Origin: Octopus sinensis
Lineage: Eukaryota
Assembly: GCF_006345805.1 (NCBI RefSeq)
Contig: NC_042997.1
Location: forward strand, 19,158,001 to 19,222,000
DNA length: 64,000 nucleotides
Direction: 5' to 3'
Below, one piece after another: positions 1-12,194 of the stretch; the first letter of the stretch is position 1, and each line of letters begins with the position of its first letter. The position numbers and the translations under genes are program-made. A model generated the notes under the pieces. The model was not told the origin of the DNA, ran no database searches, and worked only from the letters and a program-made list of their open reading frames with translations.

Positions 1-535
1 TACGGGCTTATTGACACTATAAAGACCGAAAAATAATCAACAAAAAGCAAATGGAATTTGAGTTAAAAAAATTCTCCTAAATAAATATTGTAAAGTATTC
101 AGTCAGTTGCTCAACAGCTTCAGTTGGGTCAGATACCAAGGGTTTATAGAAGTGGAAATGTAAACCTGTGAATATTGTACAAAAATTCTAATGACATTGG
201 ATGACTAAATAAAGCAGTTGTGAGGATTGAAAATACCATTCTGCTGTATTCACTAGAAAAATAATGTGAGTGAATGAAAGCGTTTCTACATTGTTGCTCA
301 GTCTACTAAAAATACAAACCAAATCTCAAACAAATTGCCACCTGCTGTCGTAAACAAAGAAAAGACACTCTGGACTGGATGGTCACAACTGAATCAGGGT
401 TTACCTAACTTTAAACAATAACAACAACAATATCAATAAAATGAGATCAATAGTAATGATGAGCCAATGTGAATTCTGCTGTGCTGTAACTCGACCTCCT
501 AGAAATAACAACCAGCTTTTCTCTAAAGTACACAC

Positions 536-960
536 TACTTATTTCTTTATTGCCCACAAGGGGCTAAACATAGAGGGGACAAACAAGGAGGGACAAATGG
601 ATTAAGTCGATTACATTGATTCCAGTGCGTAACTGGTACTTAATTTATCGACCCTGAAAGGATGAAAGGCAAAGTTGACCTTGGTGGAATTTGAACTCAG
701 AACATAACGGCAGACGAAATAGCTATTTCTACTTCTTTACTACTCACAAGGCGCTAAACACAGAGGAGACAAACAAAGACAGACAGATGAATTAAGTCGA
801 TTATATCGACCCCAGTGCGTAACTGGTACTTAATTTATCGACATCGGAAGGATGAAAGGCAAGGTTGACCTCGACGGAATTTGAACTCAGAACATAACTG
901 CAGACGAAATATGGCTATGTATTTTACCTGGCGAGCTAACATTTCTGTCACCTCACTGCC
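536..960 (-). mobile_element. Two head-to-tail copies of a tRNA-derived SINE (family A)
   Basis: 536-720 and 721-960 each contain ggggctaaacatagaggggac...cccagtgcgtaactggtacttaatttatcgacc...gatgaaaggcaaagttgacc...gaatttgaactcagaac; the same family recurs at 8143, 51263 and 54442. Confidence 0.85.
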
Positions 961-2109
961 TTAAATTACACACCACTGTCTGGAAAACTAGAAACATTGC
1001 ATCATGTGTTTCTAGCTATGTAGTACTCCCACTGGCAAAGAAAAAAGCTAGAATGCTTTTGAATATTGCTGTGGAACAACCACAGCAGCAACTACAATGT
1101 TAATATTTTGTCCTCTGATAAAATATAATAAGTCTGAAAAACAAGAAACTGAGATAATTGCAAAGAAGTGGAAATCAGTATCCTTGTTTTCTCAGCTTAC
1201 TATGTGTCATAGGTTTCCATATAATGAAAAGCTGAGAATTTTCCTAGATCATGTCTTTCATATGTATGAGGCATGATCCAAGGACTTCACATATTCTCCT
1301 ACAAAACACAGCAGGATGACTTACTATGTTTTGTTGAAGGAGTGCAGGATTGTCATCAGCACTATCGTTTTTATTATCCATTCATGAGGATCCGCATCAC
1401 GTTACAAATATATTTTCATGTTTTAATAACAAGAAATGATTAACAGAACAACCTTACATTGTCACTTTTTTGTTCCTTCTTTGCCCCTGAAGATTATATC
1501 ATTGCTATTATGTAAAAGAGTCAAAAGTCCGAAACATTGCTTTTTCGGAAAAAAACCCCAAAAAAAACGTTCACTATTCCATAGCAAAACCATTTTACTA
1601 CACTTTAACAACTTTTGATATCTTGGCATCTGAAATAGATGGTGATGCGATAGTTTGACCAAAGGAACCGGTTATTGTACGCAAAAATAAATATTGAAAA
1701 AAATGCATTTGGTCTAATTTGGACATACGATAGTTTAACATAATAGCAACGATATATACATACATACATATGTACATACATGCTATACTGAGCTAATATT
1801 CTCTGTCTGCAACTCATTTCCTCTCTCTAATTATCTGTCACAGCACTTAACTACACATCTACCTTTTCTGTTCCTCTTTCCTATTGTATCACTTATTCAT
1901 GTTGTACCTAATCTTACATCTCTCTCTCATTCTCTCTCCCTCCCTCATTCTCTCTCCCTCTCATTCACTCTCTCTTTCTCTCACTTTCCAGCTGGGCAAA
2001 CCATGTAGTCACTTCTTCAGTAAGACATCTGCTCCTCTGCCTCTCCCATAGTTGCTTATTCCTCCAGTCAATACTCTACTCTGTTGTACCTTGTAGGTAC
2101 TTGATGACC

Positions 2110-2320
2110 TCACCAGTGCTGGTGCCACATAAAATTACCCAGTGCACTGTGGTTGGTGTTAGGAAGGGCATCCAATTGCAGAAACTATGTCAAAGCAGAG
2201 ATAGAATCTGGTGGAAACTTCTGGATTGTCAGTTCTAATCAAGGAGTCCAACTCATGTAAACATGGAAAGAAAAGACGTTAAATGATGATGATGATATGA
2301 TGATGGTGATGATGATATAT
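2110..2320 (+). mobile_element. RTE LINE 3' tail (5'-truncated)
   Basis: ggttggtgttaggaagggcatcca...ccaactcatg...gacgttaaatgatgatgatg matches the 3' end of the RT-bearing RTE at 32896-34718; (GAT)n tail. Confidence 0.75.
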
Positions 2321-2430
2321 ATATATGTGTGATATAAACTTACACTCTCACATACATCTATATATAATATAAACATATGCACGCACACACACACACACAC
2401 ACACATACGCACACACACACACACACAAAA

Positions 2431-2598
2431 GCACCCATGCTGCATTGTGTAAAAGTGTCCATGTGGTGCCATGTAAAAGTATCCATGCAGTACCAAATAA
2501 ATGCCTCTGTTCGGCACCATGTTAAAGTGGCCATGCAGTGTTGCATAAAAGTGCTTGTGCAGAGCCACACAAAAGCGTCCATGCAGTGCTACATAAAA
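2431..2598 (+). repeat. Seven degenerate 24-bp tandem units (consensus about gtnyccatgcagtgccatgtaaaa)
   Basis: Units start at 2431, 2455, 2479, 2503, 2527, 2551 and 2575, each ending in an A-rich tetramer; the array abuts an RTE tail. Confidence 0.85.
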
Positions 2599-2755
2599 GC
2601 ATCCAGCACACTCTGTAAAATGGTTGGCATTAGGAAGGGCATCCAGCCATAGAAACCATGCCAAATCAGACGAGAGTCTGGTGCAGCTCTGGTCACATCG
2701 TCCAACCCATGCCAGTTTTGACAACGGATGTTGAATGATGATGATGATGATGATG

Positions 2756-2787
<32 letters not shown>

Positions 2788-2975
2788 AAGCACCAACTAC
2801 ACTCTCAGAGTGGTTGGTGTTAGGAAAGGCATCCAGCTGTAGAAATATTGCCGGATCAGATTGGAGCCTGGTGCAGTTGCTGGCTTTCCAAACTTCGGTC
2901 AAACCGTCCAACCCATGCCAGCATAGAAAACGGATTTAAACGATGATGATGGTGATGATGATGATGATGATCATA
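2599..2975 (+). mobile_element. Two consecutive RTE 3' tails
   Basis: 2599-2760 and 2790-2975 both carry ggttggc/tgttaggaa(a/g)ggcatccagc...ccaacccatgccag and end in (GAT)n. Confidence 0.8.
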
Positions 2976-2993
2976 TGTATTTATATATATATA

Positions 2994-4260
2994 CGAGGGG
3001 CGTTCAATAAGTAATGCCCCTGACCCACTTCCCATAGCAGTAGAGCAACGACACTTGGCACAGTTATTAGTCTTTTCCTACATAGGAACTACCCAGAGTT
3101 ATGCATTTCTCCCATCGTTTGATACAGCTCTGGAGACCGTTTTTGTAGAAGACCCCAGCTTGGTCCTCCAACCACGACGTGACTTCAGAAATCAAGGCTG
3201 CATCATCTGGGAAACGCTTTCCTTTCAAAATCAACTTCATGGCTGGGAAGAGGTGAAAATCAGAGGGTGCAAGGGAAGGAGTTCATAGCTGCACGCCTGT
3301 GCTTCTGATCTGGCTACACGCGAGTTGTGGACCGGAGCGTTGTCCTGCAGGAGGAGGATGCCTTTGCTGATCTTGCCCGGCCTCTTGATTTTGATAGCTT
3401 CTCTTAATTTCCTCAAAAGTGAAGCATAATAGGCTCCTATAATTGTGGCACCCTTTGCCAGGAAATCTGTCATCACTACTCCGTCCTGGTCCCAGAAGAC
3501 TGAGTATAACCTTGTCAGCAGAGGGCTGCACCCTTGCCTTCTTTGGAGGAGGTGAGTCACGGTGCTTTCACTGCATTGACTGGGCTTTGGTCTCTGGATC
3601 ATCGTGATGGACCCAGGTTTTATCCTGTGTGATCAGTCTTTTGAAAAATTTTGACTCATCTTCTTGGCACATCTCCAAATTCATCCTCGAGCACTCAACG
3701 CGTTCTTGCTTCTGGAAAGGTGTGAGCAACCTGGAAATCCATCTGACAGACACCTTTTGCATATGCAAATGGTCATGAATGATAGTTTCCACAGACCCGG
3801 TACTAATCTTGACTTATGGGCTATTTGGCGAATAGTTATGCGTTGACCTTCCAAAATGGCAGCCTCAACTTGACGGACAGACATCTCATCAACGGCAGAA
3901 GGGGGCGACCAGATCTGGGAGCTGTTTCCACAGAGTTCCGACTATATTTAAATTCACAATGCCAGCGTTTTACAAGGTCATATGATGGGGCATCATTACC
4001 ATAAGTTACTTTCATTTCATCAAAAGTCTCCCGTGGTGTGCGTCCTTTCAAATACAAAAACCAAATCACTGCTCGACACTCAACAGGCTCCATTTCACAC
4101 TTGACTCAGTTCAAACACCTGTAAATCAGAAACCACAATTAGTTCAGAGCTGTAATTCGCCACTTAATCTATAGAGGTATAAATAAGTGCACATGCAAAA
4201 TTTCAGCTACATCAAACAACTGCAAGTGGGTCAGGGGCATTACTTATTGAACGCCCCTCG
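2994..4260 (-). mobile_element. Mariner (Tc1/mariner) DNA transposon, full length, transposase disabled
   Basis: Perfect 37-bp TIRs (2994-3030 cgaggggcgttcaataagtaatgcccctgacccactt; reverse complement at 4224-4260), TA on both sides, inserted in (TA)n. Confidence 0.97.
3067..4093 (-). pseudogene. Mariner transposase pseudogene
   Basis: Frameshifted pieces: MEPVECRAVIWFLYLKG...RSGRP (HTH), KVSVRWISRLL (WVPRLL-like), LITQDKTWVHH (TGDETW-like), SVFWDQDG, LLLQDNAPVH, LAPSDFHLF...KRWEKCI. The HPPYSPD segment is deleted. Confidence 0.93.
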
Positions 4261-4644
4261 TATATATATATATATATATATGTATTAAGGCAGTTGTGAG
4301 AGAGACTTGGAGAAACAAATATCAGATATCTATATCTTTGAATATTTTATGTCAATGAAATATTTATACCGTGCATTTAGATATTGTAGGAGATTTTATA
4401 AAGATCCAGAGATGATTAGCAACCAAACTTTGGCAGATAGTTCCATGATGTTTTATTAAGACGCAACAAGTAAAACTAAAGATAGTCCAGACAGGATATG
4501 CAGCATGAACTATGTTTCCGTAGATTGTGCAGCTTTAACCTTTACAGAGAAGCTGGCAACATGCAAACGTTTCAGTTCCAGAAAAAACATAATTTGAATG
4601 CAATTTGATTCAAATACGATTGCTATACAATGCCTCAGAGAAAG

Positions 4645-4667
4645 GTGGAGTGAGAGAGAAAGAGGGT

Positions 4668-4698
<31 letters not shown>

Positions 4699-4900
4699 TA
4701 GAGTGAGGGATAGAAAGATTTAAAGGAAGAAAAGGTGAGTGACAGATAAACAGAGAGACAGACTGACTTATAGAGAAAGAAATAAGAATAGAAGAACGAA
4801 AGGAGAAAATAATGAATGAATAAATGAATAAGATAGAAATATATAGAGATTTTAAGAAAGAAAGCTGAATGAATGAAAGAGGGAGAGAGAGAGAGATTGG
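4645..4900 (+). repeat. (GA)n / purine-rich low-complexity tract
   Basis: gagagagagag runs and GAAA-rich sequence. Confidence 0.85.
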
Positions 4901-5214
4901 AACATGGGGATTGGTTTAGGCATGTGATAAGAAAGAATATAATCCTATTAAAAACCAGTCTTCATGCTTGTGGTGAAAGTTGCTTGGAAAATGCTAAACT
5001 GCCAACACTAAAGAATTAGAAGTAATTAGGCCATACAACAAACAAGCGCCAACAAGGAGAAAATGGTAAAAATAATACCAGAAAGCTGCCCAAAATACTC
5101 AAGCTGGCTTAGGTATAATAATAGATATATGTACATATATGTGTATGTGTGTGACTGTGTGGATACACACACATATACATATTTATGAATGAGTATATAT
5201 ATATATATATCATT

Positions 5215-5700
5215 ATTATCATCATCATTGTTTAATGTCTGCTTTCCATGCTACCATGGGTTGGACAATTTGACTGAGGTCTGGCGAATCAGGTGGCTGC
5301 ACCAGGCTACAATCTGATATGGCAGAGTTTCTACAGCTGGATGCCCTTCCTAATGCCAACCACTCCGAGAGTGTAGTGGGTGCTTTTATGTGCCATTGGC
5401 ATGAGAGCCAGTCAGGCGGTACTGGCAATGGCCATGCTCAAATGGTGCTTTTCATGTGCCACCTGCATAGGCGCCAGTCCAGTGGCACTGGCAACAACTT
5501 TGGTCGAATGTTTTTTCCCATACCTCCAGCACAAGTGCCAGTAAGGTGACGCAGGTAACAATCAGGCTTGAATGGTGCTTTTTATGTGCCACTAGCAGGG
5601 AAGCCAGTTTGTTGTTCTGGCAACAATCATGCTTGGATGGTACTCTTAACGCTCCACTAACACGGATGCCAGTCATTGAATTTGATTTTGATTTTGATTA
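5215..5700 (-). mobile_element. RTE LINE 3' UTR with internal tandem modules
   Basis: (CAT)n tail at 5215, gtttctacagctggatgcccttcctaatgccaacc, and repeated ggtgcttttatgtgcca modules. Confidence 0.85.
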
Positions 5701-5780
5701 TATATATTTATATACATACAGGTGTTGTTGTGTGATAAGAAGTTTAATGACTGGGCTGAAACAAGTAATAGAGTAAATAT

Positions 5781-5821
<41 letters not shown>

Positions 5822-5847
5822 TATATATGTATATATATATATATATA

Positions 5848-7030
5848 TCAGGTCTCGGGAGTGGCCATGGAACGCGAATGGGCCCCAACTATGCGAACCT
5901 GTTCGTTGGCTATGTTGAGGCCAAATATTCTCTAATTTCACTGGTCCCACTCCTGAACTATATGGTCGTTATATTGACGACATTATCGGTGCCACCTCAC
6001 TCTCCCGCGAACATCTAGATTCCTTCCTCTCTTTCGTCCAATCTTTCCATCCAGCCCTCCACTTCACTTCCACTATCTCCAACACCTCTGTCTCCTTCCT
6101 CGACATTTCGTTAGCATTCTTCACTCCACTCTTACCACCTCCATTCACTACAAACACACAGACTCACACTCATACCTCAACTTCTCTTCCTCCCACCCAG
6201 AACACACCAAGCTTCCATCCCCTATTCCCAATTCCTCCGTCTACGTAGGCTCTGTAGTGACGACCATGACTTTGAGACTCAGTCTCAACGTATGGCTCAC
6301 CACTTCACCCTACGTGGATACCCCCTCACCACTATCCACACCGCCCTTGCCAGAGCACGGTCTGTGGACCGTGTATCTGCTCTCTCTCCCCGAACCCGCC
6401 CTGTAGTCTCCCGCCTCCCTTTTCCCTCACCTACTACCACCCCACGACCCTACGTCTCCAACGCACCATTCTTCGCTTTCCGTCATCTCCAGTCCGACCC
6501 GTCCTCCACTTCACACCTCTTCCCTAACCGACCCTCCCCTCTTTCAAACGAGCCCACAACCTTCGAGACCTTTTGGTCCATAGCTCCTTCCCTGACCCTA
6601 CCTCCCAACCCGGCTCGTTCCCCTGCTCCCGCCCACGTTGCCACACTTGCCCTTACCTCTCCAACACCACCCGCTCACTAGCACCCACCATCGACCCTAT
6701 CCCATCATCCACTCCTTCACCTGCACCTCCAGCAATATTATCTATTGCATCTCTTGCTCTCTCTGCAATTCCTTGTACATCGGACAAACGGGACGCCGCT
6801 TGGCTGACCGGTTCGCGGAACACCTTCGTGACATCCACCTTGCGAACGACACACCGGTCTCACGCCATTTCCGCTCCACCGGTCACTCCATGCAACACCT
6901 ATCTGTGTTCGGTTTGTCCTTACACGAGGCCATCCGGATTCCCGTTTGCGCCGTGAACAGGAATTAATCTTCTCTCTTCGTTCTTATACGCCATTTGGTC
7001 TCAACTCTCCCCCTCTCATATATAACCCCC
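5848..7030 (+). pseudogene. PLE reverse transcriptase + GIY-YIG endonuclease (frameshifted)
   Basis: QVSGVAM/GTRMGPNYANLFVGYVE (RT motif B), YGRYIDD (catalytic), SFLDI, IPYSQFLRLRRLCS, RGYP, CSRPRCHTC, NIIYCISCSLCNSLYIGQTGRRLADRFAEH (GIY-YIG), REQELIF..L.SYTPFGLN. Confidence 0.92.
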
Positions 7031-7852
7031 CTCTCCACCCCCTCCCTCACCTACCTTCTCCCCCCGACCCCTACTCTTCAGTCCTTCATCCTTTCACCCT
7101 ACTCCCCTTCCCTTCTTCCCTCTTTCTCCCTCCCTCTTCCCCTTCCCTCTGCTCCCTCACTCCCTCTCTCCCCCCTCTCCCTCTTTCCTCCTTCATCCCC
7201 CTCCTCCCCTTCCTTCTCCCCCATCCTCTCCTCTTCCCCTTCTCCTCCCCCTCTTCTTCCCTCCCCTCTCTACCCCTCCCCCCTCTTCTCCTCACTACAC
7301 CACATGACTTTACACATCACATCACATATGATGTGCCATACTAATACACACACCAACTAATACATACTAATATGTACTAATACATACTAGTACATACTAA
7401 TACTTACACCAACCCTATACATACACACGTCCAGACCCCGCATACGCACTTATACTCTCTCACACACACACACACATACCTATACATACCAATACGTACT
7501 AATACATACTAATACATACTAATACATACACCAACCCCATACATACGCATGTCCAGACCAATCTATTACGCACTAATACTCTCTCATACACACACCACAC
7601 ACCACACACACACACACCCTTATACACTAATACATACACCAACCCTATACATACACACATCCAGACCCCTCCCACGCACTTTTAGCTGGTCCCTCAACCC
7701 ATTTATCAACCCTATTATCTCCCCTTATTTCGCTCTCGCGTCTCATGTTTGATCTTTGACCTCTGGCCGAAATCAGATCGCCATGTTGATTCGTTAGCTA
7801 CTGCACGCATTTTTTTTCTCTCCTTCTTTCTGTGTTTTTCTCTCTCTGTGTA

Positions 7853-7890
7853 TCTTTCTGTTGAAGAGCGTAGGCTCGAAACGTTAAAGA
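7853..7890 (+). ncRNA. Minimal type I hammerhead ribozyme-like motif (CUGUUGA core variant)
   Basis: Stem I UCUUU/AAAGA; core CUGUUGA+A; stem II GAGC-GUAG-GCUC; GAAAC; GUU cleavage triplet; palindromic AACGUU in place of helix III. Confidence 0.6.
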
Positions 7891-8142
7891 CTTGTTTTAT
7901 TTATATTTCCTGAGCGCCATACTAATACAATTGTTCGTTTGTTTTCCACCTGCCTTCGTCTTTCGTTTATTTTCATAAAGCTTCCCGTTATATATATATA
8001 TACTTATCTTTTCTGCTCTAATCTTGCATTCTGCTATCTTGTCCAATTCATGTGCCATTGGGCATCCTTCACTCTTGCGTTGATCAAACTCTGGTTCTAT
8101 AAGATGATGCATGACATTACACAGATCACAAATTAAAATATA

Positions 8143-8370
8143 AGGTGTTGAGCTGGTAGAAACGTTAGTAAGCTGGGCGAAATGCTTAGCAGTATTTCGT
8201 CTGCCGTTATGTTCTGAGTTCAAAATTTTGTCGAGGTCAACTTTGCCTTTCATTCTTTGGGGTCGATAAATTAAGTACCAGTTACGCACTAGGGTCGATG
8301 TAATCGACTTAATCCCTTTGTCCTTGTTTGTCCCCTCTATCTTTAGCTCCTTGTAAGCAATAAAGAAATA
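8143..8370 (+). mobile_element. SINE family A with 15-bp TSD
   Basis: Family A body; acaaattaaaatata at 8128-8142 and 8371-8385. Confidence 0.9.
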
Positions 8371-9638
8371 ACAAATTAAAATATAGAAGTATAAACAGGA
8401 CTTGATGAATATATAGATGAATATATAGACATGTATGCAGATAACAACGAAACTTCCCAATTATCCCTTTATGTCAATTTAATGATTGCACAATTCAGCA
8501 AAAGTGCATCAAACGAACAACCTCCATAACCAAATGTAAAACACATTTAAATACCTGTGGAAGAGAATGATAGACAACTCTCACAAACCCTGCTGCAATC
8601 TTTGCTAAAATTACTACAACAACAAACACTGCTAGTTTGATTGACAAAAAAGTACAACTGATACATTCCTGTTGCTGCTGCTGCTGCTTCGACTGAGAGA
8701 CACTCCAGCTACTGTTGTTGAGAAACCCTGACTCAGTAATAATCAGAAGGGAACAACTCATCAGCACCATGTGATTTTTGTAAGAAAAACATGTAAACTT
8801 GCAAAAGTGATATCATGAAAGATTAATTTAATTTACTTCATTTCAGTGTGTTTTTACTTTTGTTTCAGTATGACTAAATTGTCTTTATAAAGTAATTGAA
8901 GCTGGTAGCATATTTTGATAAAAATGTAATAATTTACTTAGGCTTATCAATGATAAGATTCTCAAACGTTTTCTTTTTTGTTTTTTCATTAGTGTGCGTG
9001 TGTCTGAGGATATGTAGATATTCTACGTCTAAAGTTCTTTACTTGCGATGAGCACTAATTCTTCATCTTAATTCTTAATTTCCCTTTTGTAGAGCTTTCC
9101 TTGAACAATTTCAGTCGTACATCAGGTTTACTTTGGGAAAAAATGCAAGCACTTTATTCACATGAACTCTCTTTTTAGGAAAAAGAACCTTATGAGTGAT
9201 CCCCAGTGACATTTTCTTACTGATACTCAGCCAATTCCAAATGAGAAACAAGCAGATAGTGAAAGAGTTTGTATGAGAGAGAGAGAGAGATAGAAGAGTG
9301 AAAGAGAAAATCTACATAAATCATCACACTATACTGATACTTTATTTATCAAACCCCATAACAACAAAAGCAAAGTTGACCTCAATAGGATTTTAACTCA
9401 AAGCACAGATATCTAGCATAAATACTGCAAGCCATTCTATCCAATGCTCTGATGACTCTGCCAATTAACCATCTTTTTTCCAGAGACTTCTAACACTAAT
9501 ACATAGAAAAAGAGACAGGATTAAATATTTGACTATATAATGCATTGTTGTTATTTTAGATAGAATAGTTGGCAGAGAACTTTCAAAAGCTACTCGCAGC
9601 AGTTTCTTTGGTCTTTTAAATATCATTTCTCAGTGTAG

Positions 9639-9804
9639 AAATTTGATATTCCAACGACAGAGGAATTAGAGTGTCAAGCAAATGTAATGGAATTTAGAGA
9701 AGATTTGCCACTAAACTATTCAGTGCATAGATTATGTCTGTTGCTAAATAAATACAAGTTAGGCATTCATGAAAATGATGCCTCCGGGTTTCTATTGAAA
9801 TTAA
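9639..9804 (+). CDS. Candidate internal exon (KFDIPTTEELECQANVMEFREDLPLNYSVHRLCLLLNKYKLGIHENDASGFLLKL), product unknown
   Basis: 55 open codons rich in GNN, polypyrimidine acceptor ...tttctcagtgtag, donor AA|GTAAAG. No family recognised. Confidence 0.25.
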
Positions 9805-10764
9805 GTAAAGAATTAGATATAAATTTAAGTTTTGGTTTCTTGCTATAATCTTGCCCAATGGCATTCATCCTGGATGTTGATAATTCAATTCATTCTGCAT
9901 TATAATCTTGTCATTTTAGTCAATGGAAACCTTATCTTTACCTTTATATCATCTTCAGGATTAGATTTATTGGCGAACTACTTTTATAAACTTTCTATAA
10001 ATTACTGTTACCAATAAGTCAAAAACCTTTAGCAATATGAAAGATTATAAGAATTTAATCCTGCATTCCTAAACTCTGAGACTCAAAAATCACTTTTTCT
10101 TTATCCATTTTATACAAGATTCACAACTGGTCAAGTCAACAAGGTGTGAAACTATTAGCCAAAGGGTCGATACCATATGTAAATGCAACTTACTGAGATA
10201 GGAAGTTAACGTACTATATAATTATTGAGTGTGTTGTTAGTTTTACAAGGTTAAATTCATCTTTTCTCATTCTTTATTTTTATTTTATTATTTTTTCTAA
10301 AGATCCCAGTAATATGTCAACTCTGCAATTTTTCTCTTTTTTAACTGGGTCTGGAGGGAAAAGCAGTGCTCCATGGCTTTTGCTAGCTCTCTGAAACCAA
10401 GAGACAAATGCCACTTATGTACAACTTAAACTTGTAAGTCAACAACTGCAGAAAAAACATACATATGCAGAGTAGGAAGTCTGAATAGCTAACATTCTGG
10501 GAAGGGAAAGTTGAACACAGTGGTTCATGTAGAGCCTGTGGTGATAGAGACAGGATGAGTAGTGAAAAGAGGAGAGAGATCTAAATCAAGGGTTTCTAAG
10601 GAGAGGTGGCATGAAACCAATCAGTGTCAAGATGCAGAGATTATTATAGTAATTAGTTGAAAAGACAGTGAATGGAGAATATAGGCTAGGCAAGGCTTTG
10701 ATTCCTACAGTATGAGATCTGTAAGCATGAAACAATCTTCAACAGAACTAAGTGTGCGCAGTTA

Positions 10765-10980
10765 TGAGGGATGCTGAAAAGTTCCTGGCTTTGGGTAAAA
10801 CAAAATATAGAAGGACCAGTTATTTTTGATTTTACTCAATATATTTCCCTCTTAGATTCACACACTTATTGCAGCAGTTCTCCAGTTTTTCTAAGCCCTG
10901 TAAAAGAACTTGGAAGGTTGGGCCTCCAACCAGACCTTTCATGATACCTTTAAAGCTAGGAACTTTTTAGCACCTCCTCA
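10765..10980. mobile_element. Mariner-type MITE
   Basis: Imperfect TIRs tgagggatgctgaaaagttcctggcttt / aaagctaggaactttttagcacctcctca, TA on both sides; second copy at 53306-53522. Confidence 0.85.
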
Positions 10981-11938
10981 TATATGCCAAGTGATATATG
11001 ATCTACTTAACGAGAAGATATTCTGTTGCTTCATACATCTAAGCAAAACATACTGTAAAGTTATTTGTACAAAATATTATCCCACTAAACTTAGATAATT
11101 TGAATATCTTTGTTTTCTCAACCACAAAATAAAACATAGAAAAAAGTTTTAGGTTAGAAATAAAAAAATATTCTCATTCAAATCCAGTTTAGGAATACAG
11201 TGTAAATGCTTAGGAAAACAGTGCTTATCAATCACTTTGGTCAGAGATCAAAGTGATTTGTAGGTAATGTATATGTAAATATTGAAAAATCTTTCATCTC
11301 TAAAGATGGGTTTCATAGATTAAAATATTGCAACGTATTAACTGAAGTAAAAACCATAAAACTACATATCCACAAAATCAATACACCAGCATTTTGTTTT
11401 AAAGAACAACAATTGGTTTTTAAGCTCTTCTTTTAACTTTATATTTTCTAAATGCATATAAAAATGCATCATAATTTATTGATTAGTATGTTTGCTTTCT
11501 AACTTTTAAAACTGGTATACAAAATATTACAAAATATAATTTAATATAATAATCATATATTATGCAACTGTAAGCCAATGAAAGATAGACAATATCATAA
11601 AAGTAATACTATTTTACAAATTATTTTGAACTAGGTTGATCGAGATACTACTTTAAAAATATGTAAGCAAGAATAAAACAGTTACTTTTTTCAAAAGTGA
11701 TCAACCCTGTTATATGTTTGAAACTAAATGAGTGCTTGGAAACACATGGCATGCTATACCAATTTGTCTGACAATTATGTTTGGATAGCATGAAACTAAT
11801 AGCAGTTCGAATTTAAATCCTGCGTATATCATATATCTATCTCTCATTGGATCAAGTACTTTATTTGTTGATCCCACCAATACAGGAGCAGTACATGGTA
11901 CACACACACACACACACATATATATACATATATATATA

Positions 11939-11979
<41 letters not shown>

Positions 11980-12143
11980 TATATATATATAAATATATAT
12001 ATATATGTACGTATGTATGTATATATAAATGATTAAGATTCAGTTGAATTCTGTACTTAGACTGAGGCACCAAGCTAGTTCAGTAAAGCTCATGCAGCTC
12101 GAAGTTAGGTGAATACCTGGACATCTTTCTTACTTATTTGCTA

Positions 12144-12194
<51 letters not shown>

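Larger units (their letters stand above)
5848..7990 (+). mobile_element. Penelope-like element (PLE), 5'-truncated, with C/T tract, minisatellite and pLTR-like 3' end
   Basis: RT and GIY-YIG coding remnants at 5848-7030, polypyrimidine tract 7010-7300, tacatactaa / caccaaccctatacatac repeats 7340-7680, hammerhead-bearing end 7680-7990; flanked by (TA)n on both sides. Confidence 0.9.

Noticed and set aside
2431-2598. CRISPR-like appearance of the 24-bp array (and of the 67-bp array at 33061)
   Set aside because: Units are contiguous degenerate tandem copies without unique spacers; eukaryotic retroelement context; no cas genes.
2239-2911. ORFs of 70-185 aa with YIYI, CVCV, HTHT or poly-I/H/D runs (also at 11710-12073, 22293-22726, 24219-24683, 48155-48408, 50146-50629, 52435-52720 and elsewhere)
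   Set aside because: They are translations of (TA)n, (CA)n, (GAT)n and (GATA)n microsatellites and SINE/LINE bodies.
6946-7360. Pro/Ser/Leu-rich and Arg/Gly/Glu-rich ORFs
   Set aside because: Read-through of the polypyrimidine tract in the PLE 3' region.
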